Source: Convolutriloba macropyga (Eukaryota). Taken from it: a DNA stretch of 64,000 nt. Shown one piece after another: positions 37,001 to 50,934 of the stretch. Under the pieces are notes generated by a model. It saw only the letters and a list, made by a program, of their open reading frames with translations, ran no database searches and was not told where the DNA came from. Position numbers and translations under genes: made by a program. Positions within the stretch are counted from its first letter, which is position 1. Every line of letters starts with the position of its first letter. The stretch lies in contig NC_134475.1 of assembly GCF_964194025.1 (NCBI RefSeq), positions 62,930,001 to 62,994,000 on the forward strand, in the 5' to 3' direction.

Positions 37001-38474
37001 GCCACATAATAAATTGCACATTAAACAAGAAAAAGGAGGCCAACGCAAACAATAGCTCGTTTAAAAAAACTGATGTCTAATTTGAGTATCACAAGGCCAA
37101 TCAGTCAATCCTTGCGGAGAATTTCTCTTTGATCCATTACAGTAACAATACCCATAAAAACTTTGCAATGGGCAATCAAACAAAAATTAGCCAAAAATGG
37201 ACAAAACAGGAGAATTAGGTAGAAATAATCAAAAAAAATTAAAGGCCGAAATATGAATAGGTTTAATAAAAATTTCTCTGAAATAAACTATTTAATATTG
37301 ACATCAATCGAATCACAAAAATCGTTAAAATTTGTATAAAACGCCTCCAAATTGCATCTAGATGTCTAATATATCTTCAAAATAGCCAAGAACACCAAAA
37401 CGGACAAGTATTTGTTAATAAGTGTGAACAATCATTTGAGTGATAACAATTGCCAAAAAACTGCTTTCAATATCCGCAAAAAAAACTAGCTTAGCCGCAA
37501 ATATACTAGCTTAGCGAAATTTTTTTGACTATTCAACAAATTGACCGAAAAACCTAACACGTGCAATAGTCTCGCTGTGGTTCACCAGTAATAAAAAACT
37601 GTTTTTCAAAATCTTCACTGGTTTAGCGTCGTTATATGAGGGCAGGATCTGCAATCTTTTGGCCCAATCCCATCTTAGTGGGTATAAAACTGCGCACTCC
37701 TGAGCGGTCTATTTTTTGTAATTTACCTGAAAAAATAAACTCCTGACACGGAAAGGCATTGTGTGCAGGATCCTTTCACTTTAGTATTAAAGCCTTGTGA
37801 CTCGGAAAAGTTACCCAACTCAGTCCAGTTTATAATTTTTTGAATTTGTGCAGGGAGTTGGGGTGTCCACATTTTCAGGTTACTTTTTAGAGCCATTTAT
37901 TTTCCTCGTGCAAATGATTTTCGAAGATGTTGACCAGGATTTTGGTCCATCGCCAGACTTTGTGGTCAGTGTAGAATCTTTTTTGGACTTGTTCCGTCAT
38001 TTGATTAGGGTAGTCAGTTGCAAGTCGCTTTCTCGCTAACCGTCAACAACTTTCCAGCATTTAATGTAATCAAAAAAACGTAAATTTGTCCTGTCTTTTC
38101 CATCATGGTCCCAGCTTAGTGGGCATATAACATACAACGTTATCGTACAAATACCATAACTGCGGAGGGGCTAGAGTGAAAGATGAGAAGTTTGATTATT
38201 GTCAATTCATTTTCCATTCGATAAATGATTCGATACCAAAATAAATTGCCAATGAAATCCACGCAAACAACGTTCTTATGGAAGCGAAAAAATGGGGATA
38301 TATTTTGTCTGGCCCCACCTCGCACAGTGGGCAAATACTTGTACGTGCAAGGAAAAAAACAATTTAAAAAGGATGGGGGTTCATAAACTGCACTAGGTGG
38401 AGGGGAGTCAGAATGTATCCCCAAATAATATACAATTAAATTTACATTTACTTCTAGAAAAAACCGATTTAACT

Positions 38475-38750
38475 TCAATCAGTCAGCCACTGATCAACTA
38501 AATGCTGTTCTTTATTGTCAATCAAGCCATCTCTCAAAGCAACAAAAACTTCATAATCTTGTCGAGCTAAAACGATGTCTAATAGCTTTGAAGTTTTATC
38601 CAGTCTCGAGTTTAACGAATGCACTGATTCCAGCTCATATGAAGTTATTTTATGACGTGAGTGAATAAAATCAGCAACAAGATCAGGTGACTGCATTCTG
38701 GTAACCAGGTCGCTATATGCTGCCTGCAAGATTCGCGTAGAGTCTGCCAT
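38475..38750 (-). CDS. CARD (death-fold) domain-only protein, 91 aa
   Basis: Pattern L...YSDLV..M...LVADFI.S...IT..ELE.V....R.DK..KLLDIV..R....F..L...L....QHL is the six-helix CARD pattern; ATG start with in-frame stop. Confidence 0.7.
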   Translation of the reverse strand: MADSTRILQAAYSDLVTRMQSPDLVADFIHSRHKITSYELESVHSLNSRLDKTSKLLDIVLARQDYEVFVALRDGLIDNKEQHLVDQWLTD

Positions 38751-39578
38751 TACTCAATCCAATTTAGCGGCAACTGATGATCATAATTTTCTGCAACATA
38801 TCGTACCTTCAATGCAGTTTACGATCCCTGTTGTGAATTGTGCTGTTACGAGATATCACATTCCTGTGAGACGATGAAAAAAGCACAGCAGTTCGGGAGA
38901 ATCACCCAATACGTTTCGGTAAATATTAGAGGGTGAACTCGGATCAGCAAAATTTTACTTGAAAAAAACAACTAACGTAGGAAGAAGTGCAATCGAACGA
39001 CTATTGCGGCCTGCTTCAGTCAGGGGGAGCAACTCAACTCGAACGATCCGGGTCTTTCCCATCCCCCTCCAAGCTTAGTGGTCAGATAACCTATAGCCTC
39101 CAATCACGGTAATTATACCATAATGGGGGGGGGGGCTATAATGTGAAAGACACCGATCCACAGTCAGCAACCTCATTCAAGATATACACGAAATTATCCT
39201 TAATTATGACTCAGAATATAACCTACTTAGATGTAGAAATTGTCAATTAAAAATGAATTCGATTAACAAGAACTAAAAATGATGCACAATTGAATAAAAT
39301 GATGTACAAAGTATTTACACTTTTTTAAAAGAAACCAATTTGTCAAATCAAAATTAATTCTGATATTTAAAACAAACGCTGTCGAACTTTACGTTCATCG
39401 TCATGTTAAAACTGTTTCACAAATTGCTAAAGGATAAAAATGAATATGTACTTAAACTTGCCTGAGACCACAATTTAAACGATTCTAGGAACTAGCTTAA
39501 AACATCAAATCGAAAAATTTTCATTTATACAATACTTAGCCTAATTCCAACTTATATTTACAGCTGTTATCAATTTCT

Positions 39579-40013
39579 TTAAAAACATTTCCATTCCAAA
39601 TTTTTTGGCAATGTTTCTGTATTTCTAGGGTAATTCAGAATTTGCGCTAACCATAAGTAACCCTCTTGTGTGTTGTATATAGCTTCGATAGTCAACAGTT
39701 TCTCTGCTGTGCGACAGGCATCCAGAATTTTCCATTCAATGTCATTGGTGGAGCCACTACATTCAACAATATGTTGACCCACAAGTGAACCCTTCCTTTG
39801 ATGTTCTGATATCCTAAGGGTAACATGCCTGCTTGTCTGTCCAACAAAGATGGATCTGCATCCATTACCTTTTATCTCATATACAAAGTGAGATTTCAGG
39901 TCTCTATCGAAAGATGATTTTAGGCTGGGAGGCAAGATCTTAAATTTCGCGTTATGAATACCACTTGCAAGTCGAATAGTTTTTTTCAAATTGCTTGCAA
40001 AGTTTTAAGTAAG

Positions 40014-40103
<90 letters not shown>

Positions 40104-41170
40104 GGTTTAGGCACCACTTAAATACTCGCAAGTGCTTCAATATAAAGGTTCTATCCGATAAGGTTGCCTCTGTATTGTAGAAGAATTGTTGGTTTATCAT
40201 GATCTAGTCTTGCTTTTTTGATGCTCTTTTGGTGTTGTTTACAATTGATCTTTAATGCCAATTGATCTTGACTTTGACTAAATCTATCTAGCTCTACGCA
40301 ATGAGTTAAATAACAGCAAAAATTTGAAATCTTTTACAGTTTAAATTCAATTTACATTTTCTTTACATTTAATAAACCCAATAAAAGAGTCCTTTGAGTT
40401 TGTCAAAATACCTGGGTATTTTACTTTCTCTGCTTTTTGCTAAACTGTTTTTGTCCTCAGTCCCATCTGTTACTTTGGGGTTGACAACATTTCGAATTAT
40501 CATGTACCAAATTATTTCGTCAAATCGTGTAAGTCGCATTTGAACTATTATTTATTAAGTCAATTCCCACCCCGGTTTCAAATCGCGTATTTAAATGCGT
40601 TTTTAACCTTCAGATATAGAGCGCTTCAATTGTCATTAATTTTCGACCCCGCAACATTCACCGAGATTTTGTCCTAACGGAGAGTATTTTTCTGCTTTTC
40701 TGAAATTCTTGTTTTAACATGTCGATTAGATTGTCGAACACATTGTAATTTGAACACACTACAGGAAGCTTTATGCGCCACGTAATATTTCGAATTTCTA
40801 CCAATACATGATTTCTGGCTGGGCAACCAACCTGCTCATACTTTTGTTGTGAAGATGACTTTATTGTCATACAATTTTTTGAGTTGCATTCGCAAATTAT
40901 TGAGTGAAGTTTCGTTATTGAACAACAAAGTTTGTACTGAGATGCTATATCTAGAGAACATATTCTGTAACGTTTTCGTTAGTGATTATTTCATTTAGGG
41001 TCTCAATGTCAATACTGGATGACAATTCAGTTGGATACGGATTTCTTCTATCCAGATTTTTATTAAGCGCAACATGAAATGATCTGCAATCAGTAGTTGC
41101 TTTGAAACTCTTATAAATAGTCCTTTGAATCACGTTTTTTGTCGTAACGGCCCACAGCTAAGGAAAATTG
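39579..41170 (-). mobile_element. Penelope-like element remnant (RT C-terminal part 40951-41170; GIY-YIG endonuclease 39579-40010), split by an insertion
   Basis: VYEIKGNGCRSIFVGQTSRHVTLRISEH...EA is a GIY-YIG motif; the upstream fragment resembles the PLE thumb/linker. Confidence 0.75.
40015..40102. repeat. (TTA)n tract; probable 3' tail of a minus-strand insertion occupying ~40015-40950
   Basis: About 29 perfect units located at the break in the Penelope frame. Confidence 0.8.
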
Positions 41171-41204
41171 AGAGGGAGAGAAAGACTTTATTCTCTTTCG
41201 AGAA

Positions 41205-44200
41205 CCATTATTATTTTAGCATATACTCTTGATAAGTTTGCATGAAGTACAGACACAACAAATAAAGAATGTACATGTAATTTCTAGATCGAATGTTTTT
41301 CGCATGAGGTAGCTCTTCACAGCTTTCTTGTTGTAGCTGTCATAGCCACCGATGATTTTGTTTCTGAACAAATAGTTGGCAATTAAAACTGAAGGACCGA
41401 AGAATGAGATGCTAGCGTGCTTATGGTGGTTCTTTAATTGCAGGATATTTGTGGATGATCCGCGCAAACACCGGGAAGGCTCCTGAAATACTACATACTG
41501 TGAGTGATCATAGTTGTACTTATCTAACATCAGTTACGATAGAAAAGAGAAAGTAATATATTCGAGTTGATAGCAGAGTGGCAGAAAATTGTTGTCTTTA
41601 AGTTGCTCCAGGTAAGATGATTTTCGTCCAAATATCCATAAGAAGCAGGAACGCTGGAAATTCTCAAATTTTTTAGGCATGGATACATCGGATACCACGC
41701 AGGAAACCCATATAAAAGTACGGAGAGGACAAGGCTCCGGTAAAGGTGGAGCTTGACATGAGACGGAGTATTGAAAGGTATTTTCGCTTTCAGACTGAAG
41801 AAACATTGTCGAGCTTTACAGAGTTTAGAAGTAACGTGGAAACCCCATTTCAGATCATTACTGATGTATAGACCCAGATCCTTGTGTGAAGAGACGTTTT
41901 CCAGTACTTCATGTTGTGTCGTAGAAATCTTAGCTGAGCCATTAAAGTGCAAACATTTAGTCTTACATGCATTTGCAATCATACCATTGCAGATATTCCA
42001 AGAATAAAGGCGCCAAAGATCGTCGTGGAAATTCAGGTCGGTGAAAAGCATATTAAGGTCATCTGCGAACAACCAAACCATTGAATCAAGGAAAATGCTT
42101 GGTAAATCGTTCACGAAAACCAAAAAAAGGGACCCAGTACGGAGCCCTGCGGTACACCGCTAAGACAAGGAAGAAGTTTCGTCTTTGACTTATTGACTTG
42201 TGTAAATTGATACCTGTTGCAAAGGTACGACTCCAAAAGTGCAAAAATTACCATCAAGCCTAAAACGGTTTTTCAACCAAGATAGTGTTTGGGACCTAAA
42301 ACGGTTTTTCAACCAAGTTTTTCAACCAAGATAGTGTGTGGGACCTTATCAAAGGCCTTCTCATAGTCAAAATAAATGGCAAACTTGTGTTGAGATTTAC
42401 AGCTAAAAACTTTTTCGAGGTAACCCAAAAGTTGCAGGACTGCTCCTCTGTGCGACTGGAAGCCAAAATGCTGTGGGTGAAGCTCCTTACTCAAGCATGA
42501 ATAAAGATAATTGAATATAATTCTTTCAAATAGCAGGGATACTTTTGGAAGTAGGCTGATCGGCCGATAAAATTTGATATTGTTGCGAGAACCACCTTTG
42601 AAGAGCGGACTGATACGAGCAACCTTCCATATTGCCAGAAACGTACGGCAAAAAATAACTGAACAGAACAAAGGATACAACAGTGAACCAAATAGATAAG
42701 GTGAACTCTTCAGAAGTTTTGTTGAAGCGGCAGATTGATTTTGAGTCAAAGCGGCAGATTGATTTTGACGATATCTTTTATAATCGATTCAACAGAAAAA
42801 GATGAGAGAACGTGTTCTAACTTTATGTTATCACCAAAAAGTGTGGTGTCGACATCATAGACTTTGTCATTGAAATTTGATGCAAAGAAATTATTGAAAC
42901 ATTCGGGTACTTCATTTTCGTCAATTGCTTTACTATTGAAAAACATGTGATTAGGAATTGGGGAATCCTTCAAGCTATTCAAAAGAGCGAGACATTGGTT
43001 TGTAGTTAAAGTTAATGATCCATTGACGAAGACAACTTTATCGAGCTCTATTGATCGAGTGTAATCTTCCTCCAGAGACTTAAGCTGCTGCAGGTTCAGA
43101 CGCGAGGGATTTTTCGAACACTTTCGTTTTGCAGTATTTAATTTGTTCAAACAATGTATCGTATGTGAGCTATAATAAAAAGGTGAGACCATCCGTATCT
43201 TACGCTTCCTAGGAATACAGGTGTCAATACTCCATGCCAAAACGGAATAAAAATCATCAACATTCTCTCCACAAGGGTAATTATTAAAATTTAAGGATCT
43301 CCAAGTTGTTTCGAAGTTGATATGATGCTGATAATTTGAGAGAATACTGGAAAAATTCCACGGCGCATGATTTGTTCAAGGCATTGCAGTAATTCAAAAG
43401 GATAGGTAGATGATCACTCAGACCTGTTCTGTCCTTAATCGATAACCCATGAATATTGTCATCATTTGGAACAATGTTGTCAAGTATATTTCCATGAAAA
43501 TGTGTTTTTCCAGAAGTAATGAGCAGTGAGGCCCAGTGAACCAAAGTAATCAACAAAAACCATTTCACGACAGGTTGGACTATACATTGTAGACCAGCCA
43601 GTGTCAGGAAAATTAAAATCACCCATAATAGATAAGGTAAGTGTAAACACATCAGGAATGTACATATGGGTAGCTTGTTTTATAGTCTTATCACAGAACT
43701 CTTTGAAAGAATCGAACGGAACATTGTACGGGCTGGATACTGGGGGTAGATAACAAAGAATGAAAATAGCAATCCTGGTTGAATTTATTCTTATTAGAAA
43801 AGCAGTCGCAAAATCAATCTAAACCAATATGAAGGTCGAGAAAAGCTAGTTCACAATTTTTTCGACAGATGGCAATGATACCTCCATGGGGTGCATCTTA
43901 ACGATCTTTTTCAGATAAAACTCTAAAACCACCAAACAGGGAGGAAAAATAGTCATTGAATAGTGGAGATAATCATGTTTCAGTAATTAGTGCAATATCA
44001 ATTCGATAGAAATCCAACAAGTAGACTAAATCTACAAGTTTGTCTTGAGTATTCATTCCACGAATATTAAACAGGAGCATGTTGTAGTTAGTTAGTCAAT
44101 CAGGCTTGGAAGATATTTGGCTAGCAAGAGAACTAAGTAATTCATCGGCAGAAAGTTGGTCGTTAAATAATTTCCCATCATAGAAGAGTTGCAAGTTACG

Positions 44201-44960
44201 GATACGCATGCGGTTTCGTTCCAAGCCTTTGTTGATTAGGTTATATCTAAGTCCAAGAAGTGCTTTCTCCTTTTATCGGTCAAGTCAATTCATCTTTGGT
44301 TTTACAAACACGCCAGTGCCTTTCAACATATAGGCATTTGCCATCAAGAGTCGTTTGTCGTAAACAGAGTTCAATTTAATTTCAATCGGCCGCGGTTTAG
44401 CTGCGGGATCGGGTCTCTTTTTACCAAGTCTGGAAGAGTTGACCACAATATTAGGGGAAATTTGTATGGAGTTCAAAATTTCAGATGTCTCATGTTCTGT
44501 TGCATTGTCAAGATTTCCTTCTTTCACGTTGTAAAGCACGACAGTTTGCGATGCAGCAACATTGTAGTCGTGTTCATCCAGTGACTTTTTAACAACATCA
44601 CTCCAGCAGGAGGACGAAGTGAAAGTCGAAGTGTAATTGTTTTGATTGGGCGAAGAAGATCTCAAACAGGCCTTGACCTCATCCAGTTTAGAATCGATGG
44701 AAGAAGAAAGAGAATTCGATGACTTAGCTTGTTTCAAGTGTTCCACTGTATCCTTGAGAAGAAACACAAGCCACTCCTTGGTCAGCTTCCCCGTCAAGCC
44801 TCGAAACTGCTCAGGATCCGCCGACAGCAGCTTGTTCACACTGGGGTAGTAATCCTTACCACCGACACTTGATGTTGAAGTTGACCTCGCTTTCGATTGA
44901 TCGTCAGGCATAACGAATTTGAAACTAATTAATTCGAGAATGTTCAGACGGAGTTTTTGG
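41205..44960 (-). mobile_element. Near full-length degenerate LINE (CR1/L2-like): ORF1 from 44911, ORF2 APE-RT from ~44080
   Basis: APE motifs FNIRGM, ITET, MGDFNFP and SDH; RT motifs YRPISLLP, QHFGF, DYEKAFDKV, GVPQGS and LFADDL; short (AAT)n tail; small internal tandem duplications. Confidence 0.9.
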
Positions 44961-45399
44961 AAAAATCAGCTATCAGTGAAACCTATCTGAGGCTTCGTAT
45001 GGTAATGTAGGGAATAATCTCGTATAATATCTTCCGCCGGAATCTGAAATCCCCGGTAACTCGGGCTACCCAAACAAAGTCCGGCCTCTGATGCCACAGT
45101 AAATAACAACAATCAAGAGCTGAAACAGAATTAAATCGCCTCCCGGGTGCAATTGGAGACTATTTAAAAAGTTTATCACAACAATTAGGCTAAATTAGGT
45201 TATGCCGGTATGAGCAGACTTTGGATACCGACGACAGCTATTATGCCTGTCGTCATTTAAGCTTATGCTCAGCTGCAGCAAGGCCAGATTTCTATTCACG
45301 TCGGTTATAGAGTGAATTGTCAGTTTCTTTGAGGTGAATTTGCTTTCTGGAGGGACTCTTAAAGATTCCATCTTAAAGTGCACACTAAGTCATCTATTT

Positions 45400-46150
45400 A
45401 ACTTTTGAACGATTTCAATAAAAATACTTACATTACTTGTACATTGATTTCCGAAAAATGAAGTATTGTATATGTCTGGAATAACGAAAGGCGGTCTCAA
45501 TCTTTGCAGTTACCTAGGCGGGCATCAGAAAGTAAGGGCAGGAAACGATACCTCAACTGAACTCTGTGTTCATAATGGGGTGCAGCAGGTATCTTTACTG
45601 GGTCCACTTCTTTTCCTGGATTTCTTTAATGAATTATCTGACAGTGTCATGCTGATTAGCTATGGTTACGCCATCAATTTCAATCTCATTGACTCAAAAA
45701 AAAACAACTGACTTAAGAATTTGGCGCGCGGCGAAAAAACTACATGTCCTTAATCCTCTGTAAAAAAAAACAGAAACTCATTCACTAGCTCTCTAGTGCC
45801 AATTATTAGCTATGCTATTCATTTTGAAAGCCTAAGTCCCACAAACTCAAAAACGTCCAGGAGTTAGGTGGATTTTCAGCACCAACGATCAAAGTTACTA
45901 TAATAATCTGTTAAAATATGCCTTCCTACAGCTATCGCTTTACAAAGAACTTTTCTATTCTTCTTTTCTCCAAAACAATGCTTGGCAAAGTTCACCTTAA
46001 GTGGAAGGGCTATATCACAATAAAGACAAGAAGTCCACTTGAGCACAATTATCAGGAAACGTCAGTTATCACAGTTTCAGGTTGGAAAATGTTAATCTAA
46101 CTTATGGAACAAAGCAGGTCAACTTGCAAATATCTTCAATTGTTTCTTCC
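45400..46150 (+). mobile_element. Highly degraded LINE RT fragment
   Basis: NGVQQVSLLGPLLFL..FNEL is a decayed GVPQGSxLGPLLF motif. Confidence 0.65.
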
Positions 46151-47420
46151 AAATTGACGTAATATTTGTCGATCAATACCAGGACCAGCTTCTAATTTTC
46201 TAGCCATGGAATATTGTGCAAAAGTATTGCTTCGATGAAAAGATACTGAACACGTTATATGTGTGAAACCATTCAATGAAACGACGGAAATTAGTATAAT
46301 TGCAAATTCCAGAGGGACATCCCTTAATCATGCGGACAAAAAATGGTAAAAACAAACACAGAATTGTAAATAGCACGCAGAAACATATTACATTGCACTG
46401 GTCACCTAGTGAAACTGGGAATTTGCAAAACTCTGATGCTCTCTATCCTAACGTAAGGCGTGTATCGTTTCGAGAATTTTCGAACTCACTTGGGTAATTC
46501 GTACTCAAACTACGCGATCTGTTGCCATTACCAATGTTCTTGCAATTGAATAATCTTTTAAACTTATCATCATTGCCAGAATAAGACAACCATCCTGACA
46601 AACAGCATGCAGAACGTCTGCGCGAGCAACGACACATGAATCTACCTCGACAGCCAACGCCGAATAAGCTCGAAGATAATTCTTCTTCAGAAAAAGTTGA
46701 TTATCAAATCGACTTGACCCGCTCGTGAATGTTAATGTCGAAGTGGCTCGAAACGAAAAACTTCGAAAGCAATGTGGAAATTTGTGGAAACAAAGTTTTT
46801 CAAATGGAATTTAGCTCTCTCGCTGCCGACAGAATCGTGACAACTGGACAGTTCTACAAAAGCATAGGGGTGTAGGTGGAGAGGGATTTAGGTTGTCACG
46901 TGGTGTTGGTGAATGGGCACTATGTGGAACCAGGATTTCCCAAATTGCCTTTTCATCTTGAATATTACCAGCAGTTCCAAGTGACTATACATTACAAACT
47001 AAGCTACTGTTAAAGTCCAATGTTCGAAAACAGAAATCAGCTTAAAAAACAGAGGTGAATGATCGAAAAGAACGAAGTCGAACTTCAAGATAAAATCAAT
47101 AGCCTAATGAAATTGGACATTATTTTAAAAATCAGAGTCAGCTCTACTTTAAGTGTCTGAGTAGGCGCGGGTAGGGCGAAGTAGGGGCAGGTGGGAGGTA
47201 TAGAGGTTTGGTATAAAGTTATCGCAATTGTATTAGTTAATAGGATTTAGTAATGTGGTGTGTCATTTCATACAACTAGTCTTTTGTTCTTCTACGCGAG
47301 AATGTATTCCAATCCGCACAGGTTGCTTAATAACAACCAAAAAAGTACGGAAACGAAATACGCCATTTGGCATTCTTCGAGGTATTTAATAAGTTTATCA
47401 CGACAATGGGAAGAGACCCT

Positions 47421-49795
47421 AACGTAATATCAAAAGCTGTTATTAGACCAACTATATATTGTTTACAAGTAGTGGAGACACTATAATCTGAAAAAAACTA
47501 GCATATCTTCGTTTTACTAAATAAAACTCAAATTCATTTAATTTCGGATTAACAAAGTGGAGAACCTGGGTGTAGGGGGAAATTTCCTAAAGATTGTAGC
47601 CAGTTACCTACCAAATAGAAAACAATACGTGAAAGTAAATGACTCGGAATCTGAAACTGTACCAGTAACCAGTGGTGTCCCCCAAGGATCTCTCCTAGGT
47701 CCCCTACTTTTCATAATATATATAAACGATCTTCCACAACAAACATCAAAATGCTCTGCGTTTGGATACGCAGATGATTTCAAGCTTGCATCAACAAATC
47801 CAGCAAATATACAAAGTGATCTGGAAAAAAATCGAAAAATGGTGCCATAACAACAAAATGCAACTCAATGAAAGCAAATGTCACATCCTACCGATTAAAG
47901 TAAACGAAAAAAACTGGCACTCCTTTATACTTAACTCTAAAACTCTCTCAAATAAAAGCGAGCAAAAAGATCTGGGTATAACTATGGCTATTAAGTTATC
48001 ATGGAAAGCGAATATTAAGAAACGTTGTAGCAAAGCCTGGAAAGCGTTTTATTTCCTAAAACGAAACATATCAAACCTTGCATCGCAAACAACAAAACTC
48101 AATGCATATGTCGGCTACGTTATACCAGTCATAAGTTATGCCTCACAAGCATGGTTCCGAATAAGACCGAAAGCAAAGACATCGAGCGCATTCAAAGAAA
48201 AGCAACGTCGTGGATAATCAGTAACTGGGAAATTAGTTACAAGCAAAGACTGACCACACTGAAGTTGCTGCCATTGTCATATTACTTTGAATTGCATGAT
48301 CTATTAATGCTCATCTCACTGCTTAAAGGATCTTACAATATAAAAATACCCATTCAAACAAACAATAATGAAGGGTTGTTAAGCACACGTCAAAACGAGC
48401 TAATAACAATTAATAAAACAAGAACAAGGAAGGCTGATGAAAACTTCTGGAAAAGAACCAGTTATTTACTAAATATAATACGAAAAGTAAGGAACTTCGA
48501 GTAAGGAACGTAATATCAAAAGCTGTTATTAGACCAACTATATATTGTTTACAAGTAGTGGAGACACTATAATCTGAAAAAAACTAGCATATCTTCGTTT
48601 TACTAAATAAAACTCAAATTCATTTAATTTCGGATTAACAAAGTGGAGAACCTGGGTGTAGGGGGAAATTTCCTAAAGATTTTAGCCAGTTACCTATCAA
48701 ATAGAAAACAATACGTGAAAGTAAATGACTCGGAATCTGAAACTGTACCAGTAACCAGTGGTGTCCCCCAAGGATTTCTCCTAGGTCCCCTACTTTTCAT
48801 AATATATATAAACGATCTTCCACAACAAACATCAAAATGCTCTGCGTTTGGATACGCAGATGATTTCAAGCTTGCATCAACAAATCCAGCAAATATACAA
48901 AGTGATCTGGAAAAAAATCGAAAAATGGTGCCATAACAACAAAATGCAACTCAATGAAAGCAAATGTCACATCCTACCGATTAAAGTAAACGAAAAAAAC
49001 TGGCACTCCTTTATACTTAACTCTAAAACTCTCTCAAATAAAAGCGAGCAAAAAGATCTAGGTATAACTATGGCTATTAAGTTATCATGGAAAGCGAATA
49101 TTAAGAAACGTTGTAGCAAAGCCTGGAAAGCGTTTTATTTCCTAAAACGAAACATATCAAACCTTGCATCGCAAACAACAAAACTCAATGCATATGTCGG
49201 CTACGTTATACCAGTCATAAGTTATGCCTCACAAGCATGGTTCCGAATAAGACCGAAAGCAAAGACATCGAGCGCATTCAAAGAAAAGCAACGTCGTGGA
49301 TAATCAGTAACTGGGAAATTAGTTACAAGCAAAGACTGACCACACTGAAGTTGCTGCCATTGTCATATTACTTTGAATTGCATGATCTATTAATGCTCAT
49401 CTCACTGCTTAAAGGATCTTACAATATAAAAATACCCATTCAAACAAACAATAATGAAGGGTTGTTAAGCACACGTCAAAACGAGCTAATAACAATTAAT
49501 AAAACAAGAACAAGGAAGGCTGATGAAAACTTCTGGAAAAGAACCAGTTATTTACTAAATATAATACGAAAATAAAGGAACTTCGATCTCGATCAAATTG
49601 ATAAGAAATATTTAACAAAAATATACTGGAACTACTTCTTCAAATGTTGTTCGGAAGTCAACTTATGTTCCTGGGCTTTCAACTGCAGCTGTGGACATTG
49701 TAACCCGGTGCAGAAGCTCAGCTCAGTCGTTATTTGAAGGGTGCAAACCCATGTGGAAAGACCCACAGAAGCCTAAACTCTCTCTCTCTCTCTAA
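47421..49795 (+). mobile_element. 5'-truncated LINE RT fragment in a 1086-bp tandem duplication (units start 47421 and 48507)
   Basis: SGVPQGSLLGPLLF and GYADDFKL. The ORFs repeat at an exact 1086 offset with shared frameshifts. The second copy runs on to a CSCGHC C-terminus and a (CT)n tail. Confidence 0.92.
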
Positions 49796-50506
49796 TACAT
49801 CTTTTTCCCGTGGGCTATTGTGCTTTCTGATACACAGTAACGTGCTCTTTAACATCCCATAATTTGTAAATAGGGCTTACAAAACACTGTAGGCCGAAGC
49901 AGCATAGATCAAAATTAAATTTTCGGCGTAATACTACTCGAACTTCTGATCAAATTCCAAAACTACTTCCATTTGTCTCCTACACTCTCAATGGTAGCGC
50001 AAGGGTTTCATACTGGTCAGCCAATTACTGACATCATCGGGAAATTTTAATGCGCTGAAAATAGTAGTAAAATCTTCACGTGTTAAGGGTTGACAAAATT
50101 CTAGCTAACACTCCAGCGGCCAAGCATGAAGACGGAGGCCAAGCATGAAGAGGAAGTGAAATAATTTGAGTGAAAAGTATGGGATAAAACAAGGGATTCA
50201 ACCACCAGTAAAATTTGTCCCTTTCTCCTAACGCTAATCGCGCATGTCGAATCGGGCCAAATTTTACTGTTTATTGAATCCCTTGTTTTATCTACTACTA
50301 TATATTAGCTCTGAATTCAATAAAAAATCAATTAAAATCAAAAATAAAACAAAAAAAATCAAAAAATCAAAGCAAAATTTACATTTCACTCTTTAAGAGG
50401 GATTCACTCTTATTCGGAGTGATCCCCAGTAGAAAAGATTGCTCTTTTTCGCTCTTAAAGAGTGAATCCCTCTTTTTTGATATTTTTTAAATTTTTTTTA
50501 TACTTT

Positions 50507-50930
50507 TTATTTCAAATTATCTATACTTTCCAATAAATTTATATTTTCTTTTATTTTTTCTATATTTATTCCATTATTAATAAGAAATGATACAAAATTA
50601 TAGTATTTACATGAAAAACTATCAGCGAAACTGCTTCGCAGATCCTCTGTTTGGTTAATAACTAAAGGACTTACAGCTCTAGGACTTTGCCAACTAGGAT
50701 TAATTGTTTTATCCGCGAAGCGGCTACACCGATCAGTTATATTTCTACTAAATCCTCTAGTCAATTCTATATCTGAATGTTGTTTCTTTACATGAGCCCG
50801 TATCCCATCATATCTCACAACAGAAGTACAATATGGAAAATTAACTTTAGCTGAAGTACAGCTTCTACATGTATACTTACCCTCATCAAAATTATTTAGT
50901 GGTTTTATTTAATTACACTTATTAAAACAT
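50507..50930 (-). pseudogene. Small zinc-finger-like viral ORF, disrupted
   Basis: (C/F)PYCTSVVRYDGIRAHVKKQH resembles a C2H2 finger; upstream CRSC. Confidence 0.45.
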
Positions 50931-50934
50931 CTAG

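Noticed and set aside
31700-37600. Short ORFs and possible exons
   Set aside because: AT-rich intergenic DNA and dispersed repeats; no supported coding signal.
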